Positions 10,890 through 18,711 of a DNA stretch of 20,000 nt are shown piece after piece. Origin of the DNA: an uncultured Gemmatimonadota bacterium. Its GTDB lineage: Bacteria; Blakebacterota; Blakebacteria; Blakebacterales; Blakebacteraceae. Within the stretch, counting starts at the first letter, position 1. The number at the start of each line of letters is the position of its first letter. A program made the translations under genes and the position numbers. Location of the stretch: contig CAZNUA010000005.1 of assembly GCA_964576115.1 (NCBI GenBank), forward strand, positions 109,216 through 129,215. Direction: 5' to 3'. Under the pieces are notes generated by a model, which saw only the letters and a list, made by a program, of their open reading frames with translations, was not told where the DNA came from and ran no database searches.

Positions 10890-12050
10890 ATGGGTATGTA
10901 CCTCGGGATCGGGCGCAAGGCGCGGCGCTGCTACGGCTTCGACGAAGTGGCGCTGGTCCCCGGCGAGATCACAATCAATCCGGCCGAATGCGACACTAGC
11001 TGGGAACTGGGCGGTCACCGCCTGGCCTTTCCGATCATGGCCAGCGCCATGGACGGCGTGGTGGACGTGCGTTTCGCCATCACCATGGGCAAACTCGGCG
11101 GGCTGGCGGTGCTGAACCTCGAAGGGGTTCAGACGCGCTACGAGGATCCGACCGAAGTGCTCGAGGAAATCGCCCAGGCCACTCCGGAGCAGGCCACCCA
11201 CCTGGTGCAGGGTCTCTACACTTCCCCGATCCAGACGCCTCTGATTAAAAAGCGGATCGAGGAGATCAAGGCCGCCGGGGTTCCGGCCGCTGTCTCGGCC
11301 ATCCCGCAGCGCGCTGAAGAATTCGGACAGCTGGCAGCCGAAGCCGGGGTGGATTACTTCGTGGTGCAATCCACTGTCTCGACCGCCCGGCATATCTCGA
11401 GCGAGTATGCCACCCTGAACTTCGAGAGCTTCTGCAATACCATGCCCTGTCCGGTGATCGTGGGCAACACGGTCGGGTACTCGGTCAGCCTGGAGCTGAT
11501 GCAGACCGGCATAGACGCTCTGCTGGTGGGGATCGGTCCCGGTGCCGCCTGTACCACCCGGGGGGTACTCGGGATCGGTATACCGCAGATCACGGCGACG
11601 ATCGACTGTGGTGCGGCCCGCGATTTTCACTTCAAATCGACCGGAAAGTACGTCCCGATCATCACCGACGGCGGGATGCGGGCCGGGGGCGAGATCTGTA
11701 AGGCCCTGGCGGCGGGAGCCGATGCCGTCATGGTCGGTTCGGCCTTCGCCCAGGCGTCCGAGGCCCCGGGACGCGGGTACCACTGGGGTATGGCGACCCC
11801 TCACGCCAACCTGCCCCGGGGAACCCGTATCAGGGTCGGAACCACAGGAACACTGGAAGAGATTCTCTTCGGTCCGGCCCGGCTCGATGACGGCAGTCAG
11901 AATCTGGTGGGGGCGATCGCTACCAGCATGGGCAATGTCGGAGCCCGGGATATTCGAGAGTTCCAGCTCACCGAACTGATCATCGCCCCTTCGATCATCA
12001 CCGAGGGGAAAGTCTTCCAGCAGGCCCAGCAGGTGGGCATGGGGAAGTAG
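10890..12050 (+). CDS. guaB3: GuaB3-family IMP dehydrogenase-related protein (no CBS domains)
   Basis: SD GAAGGAG. Motifs YGFDEVALVPG, ASAMDGVVD, LNLEGVQTRYEDP, catalytic loop GIGPGAACTTRGVLG, DGG, HWGMATP..NLPRGTRI, KVFQQAQQVGMG. Confidence 0.9.
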   Translation: MGMYLGIGRKARRCYGFDEVALVPGEITINPAECDTSWELGGHRLAFPIMASAMDGVVDVRFAITMGKLGGLAVLNLEGVQTRYEDPTEVLEEIAQATPEQATHLVQGLYTSPIQTPLIKKRIEEIKAAGVPAAVSAIPQRAEEFGQLAAEAGVDYFVVQSTVSTARHISSEYATLNFESFCNTMPCPVIVGNTVGYSVSLELMQTGIDALLVGIGPGAACTTRGVLGIGIPQITATIDCGAARDFHFKSTGKYVPIITDGGMRAGGEICKALAAGADAVMVGSAFAQASEAPGRGYHWGMATPHANLPRGTRIRVGTTGTLEEILFGPARLDDGSQNLVGAIATSMGNVGARDIREFQLTELIIAPSIITEGKVFQQAQQVGMGK

Positions 12051-12058
12051 GGTCCGGG

Positions 12059-12856
12059 GTGGCCGCGAGGTCCGGTCTCTCGGTGGTCGTGCTGGGCAGT
12101 GGAGCGGCCTTTCCTCCTCCCGACCGGGAAAACACCAGTCTGGCGGTGGAGTGGACCGGGGGGATCTGGTTGCTCGATTGTTCGGGCTCTCCCTGGCGCC
12201 GTCTTCGTCTGGCCGGACTCGATCCCGCCGATCTGCGGGGAATTCTCATTACCCACGCCCACCCCGATCATCTCTATGGTCTGCCCAGCCTCCTGCATTG
12301 TCTCATTCCCGCCGCCCGGACCGAACCGCTGCCGATTCTTGCCGCTCCCGACACCCTGCTCTGTATCCGTCGGATCCTCGACGCATTCGAACTGCTCGAC
12401 CGTCCCGACCTGCCGCTCGATCTGACCGAACTCGCGCCCGCAGCACACCTGCCTCCCGCCGGACCGCAGTACGCCGGGGCGGGCTTCGAACTCTGGACGG
12501 CACCGGTCGAGCACACCCGGGAGACGATCGGTGTGCGGATCGCAGCGGGGGGACGGGTTCTGGCGTACAGCTCCGACACCGCTCCCTGTTCGGCGGTCGT
12601 GGCTCTGGGACGCAATGCCGATCTGCTCGTCCACGAAGCCACCTTTTCCGCCGCCGATCCCGGCGGTCCGGCCCCGGGACACAGCACGGCGGCCGGGGCC
12701 GGCCGGATCGCCGCCGAGGCCGGAGCCAGGCGGCTGCTGCTTGTCCATCTGCTCGAATCCGCGAGCGCCGATCCCGGGGCGCTGCGCTCGGAGGCGGAAG
12801 GTGAGTTTTCCGGCGACGTTCTTGTCGGTGAGGATCTGCGGCGGTATGCGGTCTGA
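12059..12856 (+). CDS. Metallo-beta-lactamase-fold hydrolase, RNase Z/ElaC-like
   Basis: VLGSGAAFP..DRENTS, LLDCSG, metal motif THAHPDH, SSDT, HEATF, GHST, LVHL. GTG start 8 nt after the guaB3 stop. Confidence 0.82.
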   Translation: MAARSGLSVVVLGSGAAFPPPDRENTSLAVEWTGGIWLLDCSGSPWRRLRLAGLDPADLRGILITHAHPDHLYGLPSLLHCLIPAARTEPLPILAAPDTLLCIRRILDAFELLDRPDLPLDLTELAPAAHLPPAGPQYAGAGFELWTAPVEHTRETIGVRIAAGGRVLAYSSDTAPCSAVVALGRNADLLVHEATFSAADPGGPAPGHSTAAGAGRIAAEAGARRLLLVHLLESASADPGALRSEAEGEFSGDVLVGEDLRRYAV

Positions 12857-12859
12857 GAC

Positions 12860-12886
12860 CCGGTCCCGCAGGCTACCGGGGACCGG
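12860..12886. terminator. GC-rich hairpin between convergent MBL hydrolase and rpsT
   Basis: CCGGTCCC (12860-12867) pairs with GGGACCGG (12879-12886). No U-tract. Confidence 0.4.
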
Positions 12887-12913
12887 CCGGCGGGAGTCGA
12901 AGAGACGCGGGGT

Positions 12914-13177
12914 TCAGGTGCTCTCGCGGGCGGATTGGACCAGGCGGGTGAGGTTCGACTTCAGGCGCCGGGCCTTGTTGGGATGGTGCAGGCTCCGGGC
13001 AGCGTAGCGGTCGAGCAGAACCGATACTTCCTGCAACAGTGCGGGTGCATCCTCGGCTCCCGGATCCTGACGGATATTCCTGATCAGGGTTCTGATCTGT
13101 GACCGCTGGATACGGTTCTGCTGGCGGCGCTGCTGGCTCTGACGAAGCCGTTTTTCGGTCGAAGCGTGGGTCGGCAC
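12914..13177 (-). CDS. rpsT: 30S ribosomal protein S20
   Basis: GTG start with SD AGGAGG. MPTHASTEKRLRQ..RRQQNR..RSQIRT, LDRYAARSLHHPNKARRLKS. 87 aa. Confidence 0.93.
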   Translation of the reverse strand: MPTHASTEKRLRQSQQRRQQNRIQRSQIRTLIRNIRQDPGAEDAPALLQEVSVLLDRYAARSLHHPNKARRLKSNLTRLVQSAREST

Positions 13178-13384
13178 TGCTGGCCCTCCTGCATTCTGTT
13201 TCGGTAACCGATTCCTGAATGAGGTAGATTACTCAAGATCGGCGCCCGGCCGGTGATGTCAAGATGTCTTGAACCTCTTTTCAGGCTGACCTACCCTGCC
13301 CGGAAGAGAGTCGACCGACGGGATGGAGAGGACTCGGTGTCCTTCGGACTCCATATCTGTCAACAGCCGGCGACCGGTGGACGT

Positions 13385-13390
13385 TATACT
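13385..13390 (+). promoter_or_regulatory. Candidate sigma70 -10 element for the Omp85-fusion gene
   Basis: TATACT in a GC-rich background, about 100 nt before the ATG at 13491. No convincing -35. Confidence 0.3.
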
Positions 13391-13490
13391 CAGGGTCGGG
13401 AGAGGGCCCGGAAGAATCGTCACGTGGATGACGATGAAGACGGCAAGTGAGGGGCGCCGGTTTTCGTCGCAGGCAGTGAGGTGAAATGCG

Positions 13491-16418
13491 ATGACGGGAC
13501 AGACAATCACCCGGTGGGATTCGGGGCACAGGGTACGGGGGGCCGGATCGATACTCCGGACCATCCTGCCCCTGCTGGTGGTCGTGGGGTGCGGACTTGG
13601 GGCTTTCCCGCAGACGGTCGAGGCCCAGTACGCCGTCTTCGGTCGGAACAAGGTCCAGTACGACAAGTTCAACTGGCGCGTTCTCAATACACCGCACTTC
13701 GATATTTATTACTACGAGGGCAACGAAGAGGCCGCTCTGGACGCCGGCCGGATAGCGGAACGTTCCTACGACTACCTGAGTCATATTCTGCAGGTGCAGT
13801 TCGAGGATCCGGTACCGCTGATCCTGTATGCCGACCATCAGGATTTCCGCCAGACCAACGCCGTGACCGGTGCCGCCGAGGGCGTGCAGGGGGTCACCGA
13901 ATCGCTCAAGAACCGGGTTGTCCTGCCCATGCTCACCTCCATGGAGGAATTCACCCACGTGCTCACGCACGAAATGGTGCACGCCTTCCAGCTCGAAATC
14001 ATGGGTGTGGGCGGACCGGCCAATCCGATGATGTGGCAACCGCCGCTCTGGATGCTGGAAGGGATGGCCGAATACCTCTCGCTCGGCATGGATCCGCTGA
14101 CCCGGGTCTGGCTGCGCGACCTGGTCAAGCGGGACGAGTTTCTGACCCTGGAAGAGTTCGAAACGATTCAGGACCAGCGGGTATACCGTCTGGGGGCCGG
14201 CCTCTACTATTTCCTCGGCGAGCGGTACGGACTGGAATCGATCCGACGCTTCTTCAAGGAAACGGTGCGTACCCGGAACTGGTCCCTGGCGCTGCAGACG
14301 GTCTACAGCATGAATCCCCAGCAGATCTCCGAAGAGTGGAAAACCTTCATCCTGCGCGAGCACTCCGACATCGCGGCTCAACAGACCACGGCCGATTCGA
14401 TCGCGACCCGGCTCATCGCTCACGAAGGCCTGGTCTACACCCTGAACATGACGCCGGCCATCAGTCCCGACGGCGAACGGATCGCCTTCATCGCCAACAA
14501 GGATCTGCGTGACGCGGTGTATGTCGCCAGCACCGAGACCGGCCGGACCCGGCGGGCGTTGGCTTCGGGGGGACGGACCTCCTCGCTCGAAATGATCGAC
14601 TTCTTCGAATCCACCATGTCCTGGACCGCCGATGGTTCGGTTCTTGCCTTCGTCTCCTCGGGAGGGGCCGAGGATGTGATCCACCTGGTCGAGCCCGAAG
14701 GCGGAAAGACGATCACCCAGCTCCGCTATCCCGACATGACGGTCATTTCGGCGGCTCTGAGTCCCGACGGCACCCAGGTGGTCTTCAGTGGTCAGCGCCG
14801 GGGGGGACGAGATCTCTACGTCGCCTCGACCGACGGGGGCGCCCCCCGCCAGCTGACCGATGACATCTATGCCTATCTGCATCCGGCCTGGTCGCCCGAC
14901 GGCACGCGCATCGCCGTGGCGACCGACCGCGGAGCGCCCACCAATGCCGCCGACCTCGATTTCCGGGGCTACCGGCTGGCGCTGGTCGACCCCGCTACCG
15001 GAGAGGTCGAGATCCTGACCGGCGGTTCGTGGCACGACATCAATCCCGTCTGGAGCCCCGAAGGCGACGCACTGGCTTTCGTGAGCGACCGTTCGGGGGT
15101 GCCGCAGATCTTCCTCTACGACCTGAATGCCCGGACGATCCGTAAGGTCACCAACCTGGCCACGGGGGTGACGGGGATCACCGCCTCTTCGCCGGCCATC
15201 TCCTGGTCGCAGCAGTCGGGGAAGGTGGCTTTTTCGAACTTCCGGGAAATGGGTTGGGATATCTACGTCATGCCCGATCCGCGTTCGGCCGACGTCCCGA
15301 CCGTCGCCCAGCAGCCCGACGCGGATGCCGAACCGCATGAACCGGTCTGGGCCGGTTTCCGGCTCGGTGACGTTCGTACCTTCGAGGACGAGCGCTACGG
15401 TATGCGCCTGCAGACCGACTACATCTTCGGCGGGGGAGCCTTCGCCACCGGAGTGGGTGTCATCGGCGATTTTGCGGTCGGTTTCAGCGACATGCTCGGC
15501 AACCACAACATCTACATGCAGGCTTCCCTCTACGGTTCGATCGCCCGATCCAACCTGCAGGCGACGTACGTGAACATGAACCGGCGTCTGAACTGGGGCG
15601 TCAGCCTCTACCAGATGGCCACCGCCTACGGCGGGTACTACACCAGCTTCACCGCCACAACCTATCTGAGCCAGGTCTACCGGGGGGCCAGCCTGCTCGG
15701 CTACTACCCGCTGAACCTTTTCGACCGGATCGAAGCCAACATCGGCTACATGGGGATGCAGCAGGATATCGTCTCTTCAGACTTCTTCGGTCGCCAGCGT
15801 GTCAACGACGAGCTGGGACGGTACGGCTGGTTCGAGGCCGGCCTGGGTTACGTCCATGACTCCTCGCTCTACTTTCTCGCCGGACCGATCGGTGGGATGC
15901 GCTCGCGCCTGTATCTTTCTCATACCGTCGGCGACCTCGACGGGACGACCGCCCTGGCTGACGTGCGCGGCTACCTGACCCTGAATCACCGGGGTGCTGT
16001 TGCGGTGCGGACCTATGCCGGGCATCAGATCGGCGATGTTCTGATGCCCTTCTACCTCGGCGGTCCCTTCACCGTGCACGGCACTTCGTACTCCCAGATG
16101 AGCGGCACCAGTTTCGCGATCCAGAATCTCGAACTGAGATATCCGCTGCTGCCGTGGCTGCCGCTGCAGTGGGATTTACTGACCGGGGCTCTCTTCGCCG
16201 ATGTGGGCGCGGTCTGGGATTCGAACGCACTCCCGTCCTGGATCGACGATCTGAACACCGGGGATTACATCCGCAACAGCATCATCGGTGCCGTCGGCGG
16301 CGGGATCAGGGCCAACCTCGGTTGGCTGGCACTCTTCCTCGATTACTCCATCCCGACAGATTTCCAGGGGCGGTGGGGCAGCGGGCGCTTCCAGTTCGCA
16401 CTCGGTCAGATCTTTTGA
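13491..16418 (+). CDS. Secreted outer-membrane protein: gluzincin (peptidase MA-like) domain + PD40/TolB-like beta-propeller + C-terminal Omp85/BamA-TamA-like barrel
   Basis: SD GAGGTG and signal peptide (TVEA|QY). FGRNKVQY, THEMVH plus WMLEGMAEY, six PAWSPDG-type repeats, SDMLGNH, FYLGGPFTVHG, ELRYP, LFADVGAVW, terminal FQFALGQIF. Confidence 0.85.
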   Translation: MTGQTITRWDSGHRVRGAGSILRTILPLLVVVGCGLGAFPQTVEAQYAVFGRNKVQYDKFNWRVLNTPHFDIYYYEGNEEAALDAGRIAERSYDYLSHILQVQFEDPVPLILYADHQDFRQTNAVTGAAEGVQGVTESLKNRVVLPMLTSMEEFTHVLTHEMVHAFQLEIMGVGGPANPMMWQPPLWMLEGMAEYLSLGMDPLTRVWLRDLVKRDEFLTLEEFETIQDQRVYRLGAGLYYFLGERYGLESIRRFFKETVRTRNWSLALQTVYSMNPQQISEEWKTFILREHSDIAAQQTTADSIATRLIAHEGLVYTLNMTPAISPDGERIAFIANKDLRDAVYVASTETGRTRRALASGGRTSSLEMIDFFESTMSWTADGSVLAFVSSGGAEDVIHLVEPEGGKTITQLRYPDMTVISAALSPDGTQVVFSGQRRGGRDLYVASTDGGAPRQLTDDIYAYLHPAWSPDGTRIAVATDRGAPTNAADLDFRGYRLALVDPATGEVEILTGGSWHDINPVWSPEGDALAFVSDRSGVPQIFLYDLNARTIRKVTNLATGVTGITASSPAISWSQQSGKVAFSNFREMGWDIYVMPDPRSADVPTVAQQPDADAEPHEPVWAGFRLGDVRTFEDERYGMRLQTDYIFGGGAFATGVGVIGDFAVGFSDMLGNHNIYMQASLYGSIARSNLQATYVNMNRRLNWGVSLYQMATAYGGYYTSFTATTYLSQVYRGASLLGYYPLNLFDRIEANIGYMGMQQDIVSSDFFGRQRVNDELGRYGWFEAGLGYVHDSSLYFLAGPIGGMRSRLYLSHTVGDLDGTTALADVRGYLTLNHRGAVAVRTYAGHQIGDVLMPFYLGGPFTVHGTSYSQMSGTSFAIQNLELRYPLLPWLPLQWDLLTGALFADVGAVWDSNALPSWIDDLNTGDYIRNSIIGAVGGGIRANLGWLALFLDYSIPTDFQGRWGSGRFQFALGQIF

Positions 16419-16448
16419 CCTGAACCGCTCCCCGCGGGTGTTTGCGGC

Positions 16449-16479
16449 AACGGCCGGCCCTTCACGAGCCGGCCGTTTT
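16449..16479 (+). terminator. Probable intrinsic terminator after the Omp85-fusion gene
   Basis: AACGGCCGGC (16449-16458) / GCCGGCCGTT (16468-16477) perfect 10-bp stem ending in TTTT. Confidence 0.7.
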
Positions 16480-16539
16480 CGCTGCCCCGTGCATGACGTG
16501 TGTGGCACTCTGTCACTTCTCTGACTATCTTACATCTCT

Positions 16540-18708
16540 ATGACAGAGAATAAGACGCGTAACTCGCGATCAGGTAAGGGGTTACTTGCGCGGTTGCTGG
16601 GCCTTGGGCACGATCCCCGCCTGGCAGAGCCGCTCGTCATCCCCCGGGCTGAACATACCATCTCCCGCAAGGATATGAAGGAGGAGGCCCTCAAGGTCCT
16701 CTACCGCCTTCATAACTCCGGGCACATGGCTTACCTCGTCGGTGGAGCCGTCCGCGATCTATTGCTGGGACGTACCCCGAAGGATTACGATGTCGCCACC
16801 GACGCACGCCCCGACCAGATCAGGAAGCTCTTCGTCAACAGTCGTCTGATCGGACGCCGCTTCCGGCTTGCCCATGTCTTTTTCAGGGGCGGGACGACGA
16901 TCGAGGTCTCCACCTTCAGGCGCAGTCCCGAACCGCCCGGGAACGGCGAGGAGGAAGCGGTCGACAGCAACGGCGAACCCGACCTGTTGATTCGTGAGGA
17001 CAATACCTGGGGGAGTCCCCAGCAGGATGCCTACCGGCGCGATTTCACCATCAACGCTCTCTTCTACAACATCGCCGATTTCTCGGTCATCGATTACGTG
17101 GGCGGGCTCGGCGACCTGAAAGAGGGACTCATCCGCACCATCGGGGAACCCGGTGTCCGCTTCCGGGAAGATCCGGTCCGGATGATCAGGGCGATCGAAT
17201 ATGCGGCCCGCCTCGATTTTACCATGATCCCCGAGATCGGGCGGGCGATCCGACGCTATCGCAAGGAACTGCGTAAAGCCTCCGATGCCCGGGTCGCCGA
17301 CGAACTTCTGAATCTTCTGCGCAGCGGTGCCGCCGAACCCGCCTTCCGGCAGTTATGGCAGCACGGCCTGCTCGATATCCTTCATCCCGCCCTGCATACC
17401 GCGCTCAACGGCGAAGAGGGGGAGCGCTTTTTCCACGAGCTGACCCAGATCGACCGCTGGCGGGAAGAGGGCAAACAGCTCGACGACACCGTCCTCTGGG
17501 CGGTCCTGATCTCTCCTCCTCTGCGTCTGAAGGTCGCCACCGCCGAATCGCGCAAGGGCGGTCGGTTGAGCAAGGGCGAACTGCTCGAACTGATCGAAGC
17601 GGTTCTGGCCGAAGGCCAGACCCTGTACCGCATTCCCAACCGGCGCCGTCACCAGATGGGGCAGGCCCTGCTGGCCGTGGTCAAGTTGCGCCGGCGGCCC
17701 GGGCGGCAGCGGGGACAACGCTCCCTGATCGATCGGGCTTATTTCCCCGACGCTCTGACGCTCTTTGAACTCGAGGTCGAAACGACCGGCAAGTACCGGA
17801 ACGTTCTCGGCGAGTGGCGTGAACTGGCAGCCAGCAGTCGTTCGGGTCGACGGGGAGGGCGGCGTTCGGCAGAGCGGCCGCGGGATGATGAAAAACGAGA
17901 TGACAGCCGCCGGCGGCGCGGTTCGGGTAAAGGCCGGAGAAGCGACGGCGGCCGGAGGCGGAAAAGCGGTGAAGACCGCAAGGATGACCGGGGCCGGGAT
18001 CGCCGGGACGATGGCGGACGCAAAGACAGCCGCGACCGTGAACGGGAACGCCGGGACGAAGGCGGACGCAAAGACAGCCGCGACCGTGAACGGGAACGCC
18101 AGACCAGTGGCGGGCGGGAAGAGAGCCGGGAACGGGAACGCCAGAGCGGTGGCGGACGGGAAGAAAGCCGGGGTCGGGAACGTGAACACCGGGACGATGG
18201 CGGACGCAAAGAGAGCCGAGGCCGGGAACGGGAACGGGAACAGGAACGGTCTCGCTCCGATGCCGCCCCCCCGGACACGGGCACGCCCCCGGAACCCGAT
18301 TCGACCGTATCCCCTCCTGCGACCGAGCCGGCAGCCGCGCCCCCGGACACGGGTACGCCCTCCGGACCTGATCGGACCGTATCCCCCCCTGCGACCGAAC
18401 CGGTAGCCGCGCTCCCGGCAGACGAGATCGAGCACGGTCGTTCGACCCGCGACAACCGCACCTGGGCGGGTGTGGCCGGGCAGCAGAGTGCGATGGTCAG
18501 GGACATGAAGAAGGCCATCGACTCGGGTGAGATGGCCCCCCTGCCCGAAGGGGAGATCCCCTATGCCGTCCCGGGCCGGTCGGTGAAGGACACCTCCCGT
18601 GACTGGGAGGAGAATGTCGGCCGGTCGGATGAGATGGCGGCCGACGATTCGGTACCCGAGGAGAAGAAATGGGGTCGGGGGCGACGCCCCAGTCCGCCCC
18701 GCCTCTGA
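16540..18708 (+). CDS. pcnB: Poly(A) polymerase I with long low-complexity C-terminal extension
   Basis: IPRAEHTISRK, KVLYRL, YLVGGAVRDLLLG..PKDYDV, PAP-specific signature LIGRRFRLAHV (distinguishes it from CCA-adding enzyme), EVSTFR, RRDFTINAL, RFREDPVRMIRA. Confidence 0.93.
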   Translation: MTENKTRNSRSGKGLLARLLGLGHDPRLAEPLVIPRAEHTISRKDMKEEALKVLYRLHNSGHMAYLVGGAVRDLLLGRTPKDYDVATDARPDQIRKLFVNSRLIGRRFRLAHVFFRGGTTIEVSTFRRSPEPPGNGEEEAVDSNGEPDLLIREDNTWGSPQQDAYRRDFTINALFYNIADFSVIDYVGGLGDLKEGLIRTIGEPGVRFREDPVRMIRAIEYAARLDFTMIPEIGRAIRRYRKELRKASDARVADELLNLLRSGAAEPAFRQLWQHGLLDILHPALHTALNGEEGERFFHELTQIDRWREEGKQLDDTVLWAVLISPPLRLKVATAESRKGGRLSKGELLELIEAVLAEGQTLYRIPNRRRHQMGQALLAVVKLRRRPGRQRGQRSLIDRAYFPDALTLFELEVETTGKYRNVLGEWRELAASSRSGRRGGRRSAERPRDDEKRDDSRRRRGSGKGRRSDGGRRRKSGEDRKDDRGRDRRDDGGRKDSRDRERERRDEGGRKDSRDRERERQTSGGREESRERERQSGGGREESRGREREHRDDGGRKESRGREREREQERSRSDAAPPDTGTPPEPDSTVSPPATEPAAAPPDTGTPSGPDRTVSPPATEPVAALPADEIEHGRSTRDNRTWAGVAGQQSAMVRDMKKAIDSGEMAPLPEGEIPYAVPGRSVKDTSRDWEENVGRSDEMAADDSVPEEKKWGRGRRPSPPRL
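18001..18234 (+). repeat. In-frame tandem repeat, about 5 units of 48 bp (one 42 bp), encoding RRDDGGRKDSRDRERE-like units
   Basis: Units start at 18001, 18049, 18097, 18139 and 18187. Units 1 and 2 are identical at 47 of 48 positions. Confidence 0.9.
18262..18417 (+). repeat. In-frame 72-bp tandem duplication encoding AAPPDTGTPxxPDxTVSPPATEPx
   Basis: Units 18262-18333 and 18334-18405, plus a partial third unit from 18406. Confidence 0.88.
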
Positions 18709-18711
18709 GAC

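Noticed and set aside
13481..14512. 343-aa alternative-frame ORF and ATG-CGA-TGA mini-ORF at the Omp85-fusion start
   Set aside because: No motifs, and SD spacing favours ATG 13491.
16503..16517. TGGCAC as a sigma54 -24 box upstream of pcnB
   Set aside because: The required TTGC -12 element is absent at the fixed spacing.
18001..18234. Repeat array as possible CRISPR
   Set aside because: Contiguous in-frame coding repeats with no unique spacers and no cas genes in the window.
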